IMG/VR virus record: IMGVR_UViG_3300020045_002727 | Span: 1 to 64,000 of that record | Origin: a virus | Lineage: Duplodnaviria > Caudoviricetes | DNA length: 64,000 nucleotides | Strand: one strand, 5' to 3' | In this document: piece after piece, positions 35,722 through 46,710 of the stretch | Position numbering within the stretch: position 1 is the first letter of the stretch | Layout of the letters: each line of letters opens with the position of its first letter | Translations under genes and position numbers: made by a program | Notes under the pieces: model-generated | The model's input: the letters and a program-made list of their open reading frames with translations, nothing else | What the model was told of the DNA's origin: nothing | The model's database searches: none

Positions 35722-37410
35722 TTATTTGTATTTGTTAATTAAAGCATCTGCATCTTCTGTGTTACTATTACTTTGCTCCCAAGCATCTAATTGAGATTGT
35801 GCTTTCTTCTTACTTGCTTCGCTCTTGTAATCTACTGTGATTTTTGTTTTACCATCTGGAGATACAATGTCTATATCATTACCCCAAGAGAAAGGATTAA
35901 GACTAGAACCTGAATTAGCTACTTTCCATCCATCTGGTAAACTAGCTTGTAATACTTCGGATGCTTTATCATCATCCCCGATTCCAGCTTTCTTGATTGC
36001 TGCCAAACCTTCTGCGAATCCAGCCCCAATATTACCAGTTTTAGTAGGTCTATCATAAGGTTTTCCTTGTTCTCTAATTGCTATTTCAACTAATCCTTTA
36101 TCTCTACCAGAACTTAGGTTATCTGATTGAGCTATGAAGTTTACAACACCTTGTTTAGTTTTTGGTACTCTTTGTGTTGTACCATCACTAAATTTAACAA
36201 TAAATTCATTTTTCAAGTCTGTCACTCCAGTAGATGTCTTTTTAGTCTTTTTATCTGGAGATGTTATAATAACACCTACCATTCCAGAGACATCACCTTT
36301 CATTGATTGGTCGGCATCATAAGATAAACGTTGAGCCATCTCTGTAACTTCATCTTTCTTAGCTTCTGGTTTAGCTCTCCTAATTTCTTCGTCTGCTAAA
36401 GCTGCTCTTTTCTTCTCAGCTAGTTCAGCTTCCTCTAAGTTAAGTTTAGAACCTGAAACAACCTTCTCATCACCCATAACACGGTTATACAAGTCTTCCT
36501 CTGCTGCTTTTCTCCATTCGGCTAGTTTGGCTGGATTTGCTTTGAAATCCTCCAATGTAACACCTAAATTCTCACCAGCCCATGCTTTAACGTTGGCATC
36601 TGTGATACGATTTTTAATTACAGTTCTTAATTGTTTCTCAGCTACGGGATTATATCCTTCTGTAGTAACATCTCTATTTTTAGCATAATAAGATTGTTTG
36701 AAAGAACCCATATCACCTTTTAATGCTGTAACGGCTGCATCTGCATCAAATTTATCTACGTTGTTTAATGTACCATCTAAATAATCTTCAACGTAAACTG
36801 GTAAAGCTGTTACTGTACCATCTTCATTGATTTGTTTTATTTTAGGTACAATTCTATCATTGTCATCCCATTCTGCTGATGCTTCACTTGCTGAACCATT
36901 AGCTAATCTATCTAATTTATTCCAAGCGTTGTTATAAAATGAAGACATTGTACCTGTTTGATTTGCTTTGAATAAAGCATCATGAGCCGCTTTTAAATTC
37001 TTAGCTGTAGCATCGTACCTGTTAGCCTCTCTCTTTAAGGCTTCCATTTTATTGTTTGTTTCAGACATTTTCTTGAAGTCCCCTAACTTACTGGCAGCAT
37101 CATACTCTAATTTGTATTTAGAATGTCTTTCTGCCAGTGTGTTAGCTAAACTCACTTTCTTTTCATCATCACTACCAAAACCTGATAATTGTGGTGTCCA
37201 AACATATTCTTTACTTTTAACATCAGCTTTTCTTTCTGCTTCTGCTTTGGCTGCCGCATCCTCTTTCCTAACTCTAGCTCTTTCATTAGCTAAATCTGCG
37301 GCTGCTTTTCTTTTACCAGCTTCTGCTCCCCAAAATTGAAGGGAATCACTTAATCCATCTTTAGGAACTTCTAATTTAGAGTATCCTAATCCATTTATAC
37401 CTATAGCCAT
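35722..37410 (-). CDS. putative internal virion/ejection protein
   Basis: Position, low complexity and coiled-coil character. Confidence 0.55.
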   Translation of the reverse strand: MAIGINGLGYSKLEVPKDGLSDSLQFWGAEAGKRKAAADLANERARVRKEDAAAKAEAERKADVKSKEYVWTPQLSGFGSDDEKKVSLANTLAERHSKYKLEYDAASKLGDFKKMSETNNKMEALKREANRYDATAKNLKAAHDALFKANQTGTMSSFYNNAWNKLDRLANGSASEASAEWDDNDRIVPKIKQINEDGTVTALPVYVEDYLDGTLNNVDKFDADAAVTALKGDMGSFKQSYYAKNRDVTTEGYNPVAEKQLRTVIKNRITDANVKAWAGENLGVTLEDFKANPAKLAEWRKAAEEDLYNRVMGDEKVVSGSKLNLEEAELAEKKRAALADEEIRRAKPEAKKDEVTEMAQRLSYDADQSMKGDVSGMVGVIITSPDKKTKKTSTGVTDLKNEFIVKFSDGTTQRVPKTKQGVVNFIAQSDNLSSGRDKGLVEIAIREQGKPYDRPTKTGNIGAGFAEGLAAIKKAGIGDDDKASEVLQASLPDGWKVANSGSSLNPFSWGNDIDIVSPDGKTKITVDYKSEASKKKAQSQLDAWEQSNSNTEDADALINKYK

Positions 37411-37412
37411 AA

Positions 37413-37979
37413 TTAAACTACTGCTCCTTTTTTACCTTTACCAAATCCCATTAAAGCACCAAATGAAGTATCACCTTCTGCCTTGGTAGCACCGTACATT
37501 GCACTTGCTGCACCTAAAGCATTAACTCCTTGTGTTATACCTTGATATTTCATACCCATACCAACATTAAGAGCATTCGCATAACCAGATAACTCCTCTG
37601 CTTGTCTTCTCTCTGTCATGTTCTGCATTTCAACTTCTCTTTGAGAGGTGTTGTTATCAATTGCTTTTTGTTGCTCATCTAAGTTAGCAGCTATCTTCCT
37701 GTTCACATCATTTGAACTTTCAACAACAGATGGTACACCACCAATCACACCTCTAGTTCCAGCGTTTCTCATTGCTTCCACGGCTGTAGCATTTGTTATT
37801 TGATTTTGTTCTATTTGTAAATCTGAACCTAATGTGCTTACCTTTTGTGTTTTAAATGGATTAGTAAGTTCTTGCCATCTGAATGAATTAATTCTAGCTT
37901 GTGCATCACTTTCCATTTTCTTACCTTGAAAATAACTCATACCTGCACCAACTGCTGATAATCCTAATTGTACTGCCAT
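37413..37979 (-). CDS. putative small ejection protein
   Basis: Gly/Ala-rich hydrophobic ends with Q/N-rich coiled coil, as in podovirus small core proteins. Confidence 0.6.
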   Translation of the reverse strand: MAVQLGLSAVGAGMSYFQGKKMESDAQARINSFRWQELTNPFKTQKVSTLGSDLQIEQNQITNATAVEAMRNAGTRGVIGGVPSVVESSNDVNRKIAANLDEQQKAIDNNTSQREVEMQNMTERRQAEELSGYANALNVGMGMKYQGITQGVNALGAASAMYGATKAEGDTSFGALMGFGKGKKGAVV

Positions 37980-37980
37980 A

Positions 37981-38379
37981 TTATAATTGTTTTAAGTAGA
38001 AGGTACAACCTTCATCGTTTATTGTAAAATTACTTTCTTCAAATTCTTTCATCAATTTTGGATTTAAACTGGTTGTTATCAATCTGGAAAACCCTTGATA
38101 TTTCAACGTTGTACCAATAATGTCTAAAAGGTATTTGAATGCACCCTCTTTTGAAGTCTTTGGTGCTTTTTTATTCCCTGTTGGGAATCCTATCCATGCG
38201 AAATTTGAATCTGTTACGTAGACAGGTATTGCATATAAGTCAATCTCATTAACTTCATCATAAACAACGTAAATTCTATCTGGTAAACATTCTATTGGTA
38301 AGATTGGAAATCCCCAATCATTCCACATTTCTACTAAAGTACTGTAGTAGTTCAGTTTATTTTCTAATCTCCAATTCAT
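37981..38379 (-). CDS. GNAT-like protein preceding the ejection genes
   Basis: Size, position and beta/alpha pattern; weak call. Confidence 0.4.
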   Translation of the reverse strand: MNWRLENKLNYYSTLVEMWNDWGFPILPIECLPDRIYVVYDEVNEIDLYAIPVYVTDSNFAWIGFPTGNKKAPKTSKEGAFKYLLDIIGTTLKYQGFSRLITTSLNPKLMKEFEESNFTINDEGCTFYLKQL

Positions 38380-38399
38380 TGTAATTAAATTTGTATATG

Positions 38400-38450
38400 C
38401 AAAGATAATAAAAAAGTCCTATAACACAAATGATTATAGGACTTTTATTG
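38400..38450 (-). promoter_or_regulatory. terminator hairpin overlapping a TATCTTTG promoter (ejection operon)
   Basis: AAAGTCCTATAA/TTATAGGACTTT hairpin followed on the - strand by TTATTATCTTTGCA. Confidence 0.72.
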
Positions 38451-39176
38451 TTATTTAGAAAAACTTTTTATTACTTTAGCATTTACAGCAAATAATTCGA
38501 CCTTGTCTGGTGATTCTATTTCCATATCAATTCTAAAGTTATACCCTCTTAAACTAGCCCCTTCTACTCTAGTATCTTTCATACCTATTATGAAATCGTT
38601 AACAGATAAAGCTGGAGGTGCTGCAAATGTTATAGTTTGAACTCCTGTACTCACAATAGTTCCGATTATAGTTAAATCTCCCCTGACAATTGTATCACCT
38701 ACTGTTAATGATGAATTACCACCATTGTAAGATATTGTGTTACCAGTTACTTGAGTGACTCTACCTATACCATAAGTGTATTTTGAATCGAACCTTGTAG
38801 CATCTTCACTTCGTCTAGTGTAAGCAAACCACATCCCTTCTTTTTTAATGAACTCTACAGTAGCTATTGAGCTACTTATATTATTCTCTGGGCTATCTAT
38901 ATAAGCTGTTATCACTGCATCCCATGGTTGATTACCTTCTAAATTCAAAGCAATCATCTCTTTTACAGATGATGGTTCTTCGTTTACCATTGTGGATATT
39001 TTAGACTTATTTTGAACACCGTAGTATTCATTTCTGTCCCCTTTATGGTGTATGTATAAATTCCCATCTTTAAATGAAAAGAATCTATTATTCATACCGA
39101 CCATCATATCAGGAGTGAAGGAGTGGAACGATGTCCACCCCTCTGCTCTTTCATCATGTGTTATTACTTGTCTCAT
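38451..39176 (-). CDS. tail protein (C-terminal module of a gp10-like tail stabilisation protein encoded separately)
   Basis: WTSFHSF.PD...FFSFKDGNLYIH...RNEYYG pattern. Confidence 0.65.
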   Translation of the reverse strand: MRQVITHDERAEGWTSFHSFTPDMMVGMNNRFFSFKDGNLYIHHKGDRNEYYGVQNKSKISTMVNEEPSSVKEMIALNLEGNQPWDAVITAYIDSPENNISSSIATVEFIKKEGMWFAYTRRSEDATRFDSKYTYGIGRVTQVTGNTISYNGGNSSLTVGDTIVRGDLTIIGTIVSTGVQTITFAAPPALSVNDFIIGMKDTRVEGASLRGYNFRIDMEIESPDKVELFAVNAKVIKSFSK

Positions 39177-42100
39177 AGTGACTCAAATGTTTCTTCTGGG
39201 TTAGTACCCCTTGTTCTTGCTTTTAAATTAGCTAATCTAGCTGTCGGTGATGTTAATGGACAAATTCCACTTATAGTCCAAGATGTTCCAGAATTAGGAG
39301 CGTAACAGTTTATAGTTGCTACAGATGGTAACGCTGATGTCTTATTGAATAATAATGTACCTGAACCAGAAACTAATCCTCCAGTAGTGGCTACAATATC
39401 ACCATTCCAAACTATTTCAAACTCATCTGGAATAGTGAACGCATCATAACTTATACCACATTCACCTATTTCCAGACCGAATGATATTGGGAATGAAAAA
39501 GTACCTTCTCCACCTGTTTGAGTGAAACTACCTTCACAACTTAATGCTATTGTTAAATTAACTGTAGCGGTGTTGCTATATTCAAATCCATCAAATAATC
39601 TATAAGTGAATGAATCTTCCTGCTCCGTTCCACCATCATGTGTGTATGTAACCGTGTTATCAGGATTCACTATCACAGTTCCGTAATCAGGTTCTGTAAC
39701 TATTTCAACGTTAAATCCAGTTAAATTACCTTCATCATTGTTTAATACTGGTATAATCACTTCACTGTCAGTTTCACAATTAGCAAAATCATCCACGGCT
39801 ACAGGAGGCGTGTTATAGTCCCAAATTAAATATAAGTATCTTTTATTCAATCTGTTGAATGTAAATGACCCAGATACTAATACATCCCCATTGTCATAAT
39901 CAGTTTGAGATTTACTCAAGAATGTTGCAGCAGCCATCAAATCTTCAATATCCGACTCACTATATAATGTATCAGAAACTAAAAATCCTAATCTATCTAA
40001 ACTATCCATAACTCCATCTTGTGTGAAGTCTTTAAATGATTCGATAGTTACGGTAGCTCCGTCTATAGGTACTGAACCTAAACCTTCAAAACTTGAAACA
40101 TAATCATAAACAGTTAAACCAGTTATTGAGAATGGATTGTAAAAGTGTTTGTAAGGACTTAAATACCCTGAATCAGACCATCTAAATCTACTATCTAAAC
40201 TCTTACCTACATCACCTGAATCATTTGTTACCACTGATATGACTTCCAATTTAGGTGTTATTATACAAGTACCTGCAACCGATAAATTAACGTCATCAAA
40301 TGGTGTAAATATCTCTAGTATTGCTGTACTAGGTGTGAATGAATCTTTAGGGAATATTAAATTACCTGCTCCTAAACCTGATGTTACAGGGTATCCTAAC
40401 TCTACCAGTTGTGAATTGTAAGAAGGATTTCCTACAAAACCTGTAGTGTAAGTAGAACCATCGTATGTTAATGTAAATCTCACTGGAACACCGTTAGTAG
40501 AATATGAGAATCCTGCATTCCCTACCTGAACTCCGTAAAATATTTCAGCATTCATTACACCACTAAAGTTAGTTCTTTTTATTGTTTGTTTACAATCCAT
40601 TTTAACATTAGTGTTAATGTTCTCACCATCTGGAAGAATATTGTATTGGTCGTTAAAAGGGTCATAAGCACCTACTTTTTTAGTGTAGAATCCTTCTGAG
40701 AAAGTATCTTTGAAGTAATTACTCAATCCGTAGTTTATTTCAAATATACCGTCACCACCTAGTCTTAAAGGCATCCCTCTTTTGGTGTCAGTTATGTAAA
40801 CTCTTTTAGCATTAAATGCAAAACTTTCTGGGTTTTTACTTATACCATATTCACCAGTGTAAGGGATGTATTGACCTAGAACGTCTGTAATCTTACCTAC
40901 ATTTCCAGTCCCATCAGCATTGTTAAGTATGGCTTTACCATACATTACATATCCAATTTTATCTTCTTGACACACTAATAAATCTGTATCCCTAGACCAT
41001 ATTTTTTGTATAGACCCATACTTCTTTTCAATGTCATCTTTAAAGTTTGCTCTGGATAAATTAAACTCATTCAACCCGTTAATTCCACTACCTTCGTTAT
41101 AAGGTTCACTGTAAGTTAAATCTGCATACCTCCTGTTCTCCTTGAATTTTTCAACTGTTGTACTTGATGGTTTTAAGTCCATGTTCACCCAGTTTGTATT
41201 GAAAGCACCTCTATAAGAGTTTGATTCAGCACCATTACCAAATGCGAAACAATTGTAATAATCTATCTCTACAATGGCTTCGTTTATAGGGCTATCTTCT
41301 TGGTTTAGAATATTACCTTTATGTTTACCATCTTCAATCATGAATGTTTCAGAACTCTGGTAGTATATTTCATCTGGACTATCTTTAGGTTCAGTTTCAA
41401 ATATTAAAAGACCAATAGTCTTGTTTATGTTAACTTCACCACTCATCCTTGATTTATGTTGACCGTTACCGTTCAAAACATTCCTTACAGCTAGATATAA
41501 AGCTCCTGATGGGTCTTCGTTAAAACCTGCACCAAATGGTGTTTGAGTTACTTCACCTCTAACCCATCTAGTATCTGGTTCGTTAAATGGTGATAAAGCA
41601 GCTATAGTTTGTTCTGTGTTAAACCAGTCTTCAATGTTCAAATAGTCTGCACCAGCGACAAAGGTTTTGTTCAATGTTTCAAGACCTCCTGAACTACCGT
41701 ATTTGGTGTTCTCTAAATCAAATGTTATTTGAGTACCTTGTGGTATTGCGATGTCCTCCCATAACATTGTTGTTTCATTGAAATTAGAAAAAGCTCCTAA
41801 ATACATGTAGAAATTGTCACCCTTGCTACTAGCTTTGGCTTCAACGTTTATAAAGCTATCTTCTACATAATCTATATTAACTCCTACTGGAGGTTTAATC
41901 TTCATGTACTTACCAGCTTGTTCTATTATGTCTTCACCATTACTGTCTTTGTTGTCAGTCAAGAAATCTTTTGGTTTATCTGAAACTTCTAAAACTCGAA
42001 CTGTTTTTAATTGATTAACAAAACCATCTAAATCTGATTTGATGATTATGTTGTCATTTTCAGAAACTTTATCTTTGTTAGTACCTTCTAATTTAATCCA

Positions 42101-43921
42101 TCTGAAAGCACCGTCTTCATAAAAGACATTAGCATAAACTTCGTAATACCTAGTTTTATTTTGCTTAACTGCAATTCTATACCTATCAGCCCAATATGGT
42201 GGATTGTGTAATATACTAACCCTCATTTTGTTTTGGTTTACAGCATTTTCATGAGGTATAAACAAAGTGTTGTTTTCACTTGTTTGAATGGTACAACATC
42301 TACCTTGAGCATCAGAATATATCAAACCTGCTTCATAACTCCTATTAGATTTTAAACTTGAACTTGTGGTTTCAATACTGTAATTTATTATCGTACCTAC
42401 GTCATCAAAACCCCAATAAGACACAACTGCTGGAGGAGTGTCATCTATTAAATATTCAAAATAAGGAGCTGATATTGTTAAAGTGTTTGCTGTAGATGAC
42501 ACTATTTCAAAACCTGTTAAGTTTTGTACAACGCTGCCTGATGGAACTCCGCTAGGACTTACGATATAACCTACTTCAAATATGTTAGTCATTGTGACTG
42601 TAACAAACTCTATGAATGATTCACTACTAACTAATTCGTTTACGTCTGTAAAGTTCTGTTCTAATACGTATGGAATACTTGATGTAAAACTACCATCTTC
42701 GTAAGTTTGTTCTTTTAGTAATATGTTGAATGTAATTAAAGCTCCAGCTACTAACTCTTGACCTGTTAAATCTACAGTTAAATAATTGTCAGTTCCTCCG
42801 CTTCCACCAGTCGTAACTTCAAAAGGTAAAACTAATGCATCTAAACTTCTAGTGAATAGACTAGGACTGAAATCTATATTTATGTCTTGACCATAGATGT
42901 CTACAATGTCATAATTCTCCAAGTAGTTACCATACATCAATCTATTACCTGAAACCTCTTGACTTTTAGCTAGTCTTGGTACATTGTCATATAATCTTGA
43001 CAATTGACCGTCTGGTAGTGGTATGTATAACTTACTATTAGAGAATGTATAATTTTGAATTGTCTCATCAGCCCACTCTTTAGCTTGTTTATTAAATCTT
43101 TCGATTATGTAAACAGTATTTGAATTTGAGGCTTTGACTAGAACTTCTATATCAGTGACTCTTTTACTACCTGTATCAAAGTTTATCTTTACAGAGTTGA
43201 ACCTATTAACCATGGCAGCATTCTCCAAAACGTAATAATCTACTTTAAACACTGATGGTATAAAGTAGTAATTTGTAAATGGTGATATTGCGCTATATTC
43301 ACCATCTAAATATTTATATCTAGTGGCAAAAGCTAAGAATTTGTTTTCTAAATTGTTTTGTGATAACTCGTTTGAGAATGTAGGTAGTAATGTTGGGGCA
43401 AATACTGGAGGATTCTTTATTACTGCTATATCCTCTTCATCAAACCCGTCAACAGTATAAGTCTTTGCTCTATCAATATTTATCATTCTTGGTGGATTGA
43501 AATCATCCGTCCAAGCTAGTAAATCTTTAGAGCTGTCTTCATTTATTATTTTATTTATACCAGTTATCAAGTAGTTCTTATTGAAGTTTAAAACTCCGTC
43601 TGGTCTTGAAGATTCTAATAGAACAGTTGTAATTTCATTCAAATCATCATACTCTACCACTAAATCCTTTTCATCTGATGTAGTGAAGAAGTATAATTTT
43701 TGATTTGATGAATCAGCTAGGCAACCAATAGTTACAGCATTTGTTAATTCAAAATCTGTTAATATTAAATTACCTAAATCATTCTCCATAGCACCGATGT
43801 GACTATCCCCAGAATCGATTACCCTCACGTTTTCAGCATGAGGGTATTCTCCTTTAGGTAAAAGTCTTTCGTCTATGTCTTTGTTCATTCTACTTTGAAC
43901 GAATGTACTTTTATTTTCCAT
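39173..43921 (-). CDS. large tail stabilisation/nozzle protein with C-terminal Ig-like domain
   Basis: MNKDIDERLLPKGEY..A.N start, FATRYKYLDGEYSAISPF, RLMYGNYLENYD; PVAVDD...VLNND...DSFTY Ig-like repeat. Confidence 0.72.
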   Translation of the reverse strand: MENKSTFVQSRMNKDIDERLLPKGEYPHAENVRVIDSGDSHIGAMENDLGNLILTDFELTNAVTIGCLADSSNQKLYFFTTSDEKDLVVEYDDLNEITTVLLESSRPDGVLNFNKNYLITGINKIINEDSSKDLLAWTDDFNPPRMINIDRAKTYTVDGFDEEDIAVIKNPPVFAPTLLPTFSNELSQNNLENKFLAFATRYKYLDGEYSAISPFTNYYFIPSVFKVDYYVLENAAMVNRFNSVKINFDTGSKRVTDIEVLVKASNSNTVYIIERFNKQAKEWADETIQNYTFSNSKLYIPLPDGQLSRLYDNVPRLAKSQEVSGNRLMYGNYLENYDIVDIYGQDINIDFSPSLFTRSLDALVLPFEVTTGGSGGTDNYLTVDLTGQELVAGALITFNILLKEQTYEDGSFTSSIPYVLEQNFTDVNELVSSESFIEFVTVTMTNIFEVGYIVSPSGVPSGSVVQNLTGFEIVSSTANTLTISAPYFEYLIDDTPPAVVSYWGFDDVGTIINYSIETTSSSLKSNRSYEAGLIYSDAQGRCCTIQTSENNTLFIPHENAVNQNKMRVSILHNPPYWADRYRIAVKQNKTRYYEVYANVFYEDGAFRWIKLEGTNKDKVSENDNIIIKSDLDGFVNQLKTVRVLEVSDKPKDFLTDNKDSNGEDIIEQAGKYMKIKPPVGVNIDYVEDSFINVEAKASSKGDNFYMYLGAFSNFNETTMLWEDIAIPQGTQITFDLENTKYGSSGGLETLNKTFVAGADYLNIEDWFNTEQTIAALSPFNEPDTRWVRGEVTQTPFGAGFNEDPSGALYLAVRNVLNGNGQHKSRMSGEVNINKTIGLLIFETEPKDSPDEIYYQSSETFMIEDGKHKGNILNQEDSPINEAIVEIDYYNCFAFGNGAESNSYRGAFNTNWVNMDLKPSSTTVEKFKENRRYADLTYSEPYNEGSGINGLNEFNLSRANFKDDIEKKYGSIQKIWSRDTDLLVCQEDKIGYVMYGKAILNNADGTGNVGKITDVLGQYIPYTGEYGISKNPESFAFNAKRVYITDTKRGMPLRLGGDGIFEINYGLSNYFKDTFSEGFYTKKVGAYDPFNDQYNILPDGENINTNVKMDCKQTIKRTNFSGVMNAEIFYGVQVGNAGFSYSTNGVPVRFTLTYDGSTYTTGFVGNPSYNSQLVELGYPVTSGLGAGNLIFPKDSFTPSTAILEIFTPFDDVNLSVAGTCIITPKLEVISVVTNDSGDVGKSLDSRFRWSDSGYLSPYKHFYNPFSITGLTVYDYVSSFEGLGSVPIDGATVTIESFKDFTQDGVMDSLDRLGFLVSDTLYSESDIEDLMAAATFLSKSQTDYDNGDVLVSGSFTFNRLNKRYLYLIWDYNTPPVAVDDFANCETDSEVIIPVLNNDEGNLTGFNVEIVTEPDYGTVIVNPDNTVTYTHDGGTEQEDSFTYRLFDGFEYSNTATVNLTIALSCEGSFTQTGGEGTFSFPISFGLEIGECGISYDAFTIPDEFEIVWNGDIVATTGGLVSGSGTLLFNKTSALPSVATINCYAPNSGTSWTISGICPLTSPTARLANLKARTRGTNPEETFESL

Positions 43922-43923
43922 GG

Positions 43924-44187
43924 TTATAGTACGGCTATGATTGTTGATTTGTTGACAAACACATAATCTTTGTCGTTTGTATTATAAGATGTACCTTTAC
44001 CATACATCACTAAAATTGTATCACCTTCAAATACTTCTTCATCACCTTGTACCACTTTCAATTTCTCATACCTTTCTTCACGTTGCATTTTTGGTGCATA
44101 AAGTCCGTGTTTGACGTTATCTGATTCTAGTGGTTCTGCTAGAATGTGATTGTTCCATAATTTCTTTACGATTCCTGTTTTATCCAT
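43924..44187 (-). CDS. GroES-like co-chaperonin (single domain)
   Basis: 87 aa; K.L.N.IL.EP, mobile-loop-like GLY.P, V..GD.IL, Y...D.DYVFV....IIAVL end. Confidence 0.6.
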   Translation of the reverse strand: MDKTGIVKKLWNNHILAEPLESDNVKHGLYAPKMQREERYEKLKVVQGDEEVFEGDTILVMYGKGTSYNTNDKDYVFVNKSTIIAVL

Positions 44188-45020
44188 TGTGATTCACCTT
44201 TAAATGTTTGTAATATGTCTTCTTGTCTTAATGTATTAATTCTACGTTTTGTTATCCTACGCATGTTATAGAACTCTTTCTTAGCTCTTTGTTTCTCGTT
44301 GGCTGGAACATTCCTCATTTGTCTAATCAAAGCATAATAAATAAAGTTCATTAATGCTTCCTCTGCAAATTTGTGTATCCTAACATCTTTCTCTGGTCTA
44401 CCTTCACATCCTGTAAACAAGCCATCTGAAATGTATTCAAGAACTATGTTTTTACCTCTAACGTCTTGACCAAACTCAATAACACCAGCCTCTTTATCCA
44501 TTCTGAATTTACCATTCTTAAAAACCTTACTCATGTCTTTATTTGGTGAGAATCCATAACCGACTCTACTTAACTCTTCAACGGTCATGGTATCAGAAGT
44601 ATTCTCCCTAACACCTGAACCAATTAACACACATCCTTCATCATCGTACAAGTACTCATAATTATCTGCTTGTAAATAAGCTGCTGCAAGGTTTAGAGAT
44701 GAATCTACTGCCAGTGGGTGTAAATGACCATTATCGTCTACCCAGCATATTCTAACATAACTAACGAAATCTGGAGGTAGTATCACACTTAAACTTGGTG
44801 ATAACTCTAATTCGATTCTCCTAACTTCACGAACTATATCATAATAAAGCTCCCTCATACCTCGTCTAGCTTGATAAACTATTTGAAATCTTGGTATAGA
44901 TGCTGTGTAATCATCTGTAGTTCTGGACATAACATAGTTATTTATGATGTCCTCTAGTTTGACATATTGGTAATTACCAAACTCACTAGGGTCTCCTGTG
45001 TAATAATCTATTGCTGCCAT
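44166..45020 (-). CDS. head-tail adaptor/ring protein
   Basis: Position; LPPDFVSYVRI, IVLEYISDG, HKFAEEA. Confidence 0.6.
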   Translation of the reverse strand: MAAIDYYTGDPSEFGNYQYVKLEDIINNYVMSRTTDDYTASIPRFQIVYQARRGMRELYYDIVREVRRIELELSPSLSVILPPDFVSYVRICWVDDNGHLHPLAVDSSLNLAAAYLQADNYEYLYDDEGCVLIGSGVRENTSDTMTVEELSRVGYGFSPNKDMSKVFKNGKFRMDKEAGVIEFGQDVRGKNIVLEYISDGLFTGCEGRPEKDVRIHKFAEEALMNFIYYALIRQMRNVPANEKQRAKKEFYNMRRITKRRINTLRQEDILQTFKGESQWIKQES

Positions 45021-45023
45021 CTA

Positions 45024-45725
45024 TTATTCTTGGTTTTCTATTTTTACTTGTTGTTTTAAACTCTCTGTTATTTGGACTATGTCTGACTCCCTTAATGTAA
45101 TTCCAAAATAACTTAACACTTTAATCACAATATTTGAAAACTCTGATTCATGTAATTCAAAATCTTGAAAACTTGGATTAGTTGAATCGAACATCACTTC
45201 ATTATTTGGTAAAACAAAGTAAGTCCATTTTGGGGCTTTAGGAGTACGTAAATATCTACAATCAACATTCACTATCACAGAAGCAGGATAGACCTTTATA
45301 TACGTGTTAAAACGCTCGTAGACAGGGTATGTTAATGTCGGTTTAGCATCTGATTTATTTAAGAAGGCTAAATCTTTCCTTTCTACTTCTTCAATTACAG
45401 CTCCGTTGGATGGGAGTACTATACCATCTTCCTCTATTAAATAAAGGTTTGTAGGTAATACGTGAGTACCCGATGTATAAACTAATGGTGCTGATGCAGC
45501 AAATTGGTCTATTCTTTGTCTTTGGATGAAGGGTAAGTTTGAATAACCTTCATTCGACAATCCTCTATTTTGCTTGTTTTTATCACGGTTCTCGTCTTCA
45601 AAATACCCTCTAAATATTTCCATTTGTACGAGGTTAGATATTTTGTTAAACTCTTCTGGAGTCACGTAGCCCTGATTGTCTTTACTGAGTACAGTAAGTA
45701 CTGTTTGGTAAACTAAGTCTATCAT
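45024..45725 (-). CDS. head-tail adaptor/ring protein
   Basis: VYQTVL..L.KDNQGYVTPEEFN, YLRTPKAPKW, FELHESE. Confidence 0.62.
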   Translation of the reverse strand: MIDLVYQTVLTVLSKDNQGYVTPEEFNKISNLVQMEIFRGYFEDENRDKNKQNRGLSNEGYSNLPFIQRQRIDQFAASAPLVYTSGTHVLPTNLYLIEEDGIVLPSNGAVIEEVERKDLAFLNKSDAKPTLTYPVYERFNTYIKVYPASVIVNVDCRYLRTPKAPKWTYFVLPNNEVMFDSTNPSFQDFELHESEFSNIVIKVLSYFGITLRESDIVQITESLKQQVKIENQE

Positions 45726-45740
45726 TATTTAATTTTTTTA

Positions 45741-45771
45741 CAAAGTTAATCTATTTTATTATAGTATGCAA
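45741..45771 (-). promoter_or_regulatory. late-region promoter
   Basis: TTGCA-N20-TAACTTTG on the - strand, directly after hairpin AAACCCTCATA/TATGAGGGTTT. Confidence 0.72.
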
Positions 45772-45821
45772 ATAAAAAACCCTCATATTTTAGTATGAGG
45801 GTTTGATTTTATTTGTATGCT

Positions 45822-46649
45822 TTAGCTTCTTTTAATAATCTCATCTAAGATAAGCATTCCCTCATCTGTTGATAAGTAATCAGAGAAATGGTCAACTGGT
45901 TTGATACCTAATGGAACATTGATTATGACTGATTTATCATTAGCCCACATCACCGTTCTGTTGTTAGGTGCTACCAAGATAACTCCTTCACTAATCGCTC
46001 TTAAAGTAAGGTATTTTCTGTTAACTGATTCATCATCGAAAATGTTAACGTTACCTTTATTGTCTACAAATCGGTAAGGATTTTCATCTACAAATTTGTA
46101 AATCTCTCTTTTCATTTCTGACTTACTCATGTCACGTACTGCTGCAACACTTCCTTTCAATACAGCTGTTAGACTTTCAAGAGCATAAATTCCATCTTTC
46201 TCTTTTTCTTTGTCTCTAATAGCTTGTTTTATATCTAGCACTAACTCTTCTTTTACGATGTCATTTTGTGCTTCTTTTTCATCATTAACTTCCTCAAATA
46301 ATCCTCCACCATTGATAGCGTTATCAGGGTGAGCATCAAGAAATCTTTGTGTTTGAATCTCAGTTGGTTTTGTTTCCAAATAACCTGATTCAAAAATAAG
46401 TGGGACTACTATTGCGTAATCACTTTGTTCATCTTGAAATATTGATTTTTCATTAGGGCAGTGTTTAATTGCTCGGTTGTAACCAACTGTTTCATCATAG
46501 ACTAACAAATCACCTTTTCTCCCTACTTTTAACATGAAAGCCATTCCAGCTCTATCATTAAGCAACCTGTAGGATTTTGCTTTTAATTCTGATTTTTGTT
46601 TAATCGCTTTTTGTGCAGGTTTCCCTACTACTTTTTTAACTTCGTCCAT
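45822..46649 (-). CDS. conserved head-region protein
   Basis: Follows the capsid gene; function unassigned. Confidence 0.6.
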   Translation of the reverse strand: MDEVKKVVGKPAQKAIKQKSELKAKSYRLLNDRAGMAFMLKVGRKGDLLVYDETVGYNRAIKHCPNEKSIFQDEQSDYAIVVPLIFESGYLETKPTEIQTQRFLDAHPDNAINGGGLFEEVNDEKEAQNDIVKEELVLDIKQAIRDKEKEKDGIYALESLTAVLKGSVAAVRDMSKSEMKREIYKFVDENPYRFVDNKGNVNIFDDESVNRKYLTLRAISEGVILVAPNNRTVMWANDKSVIINVPLGIKPVDHFSDYLSTDEGMLILDEIIKRS

Positions 46650-46674
46650 TTCTATTTATAATTTAATTAAAATA

Positions 46675-46700
46675 AGAGGGGCTTTTACACCCCTCTCTAT
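46675..46700 (-). terminator. terminator after the major capsid gene
   Basis: AGAGGGG/CCCCTCT hairpin. Confidence 0.6.
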
Positions 46701-46710
46701 ATTTTTGTTA

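Noticed and set aside
38451-39176. Frameshift or pseudogene splitting the tail protein
   Set aside because: The two ORFs overlap by ATGA, typical translational coupling, and both look intact
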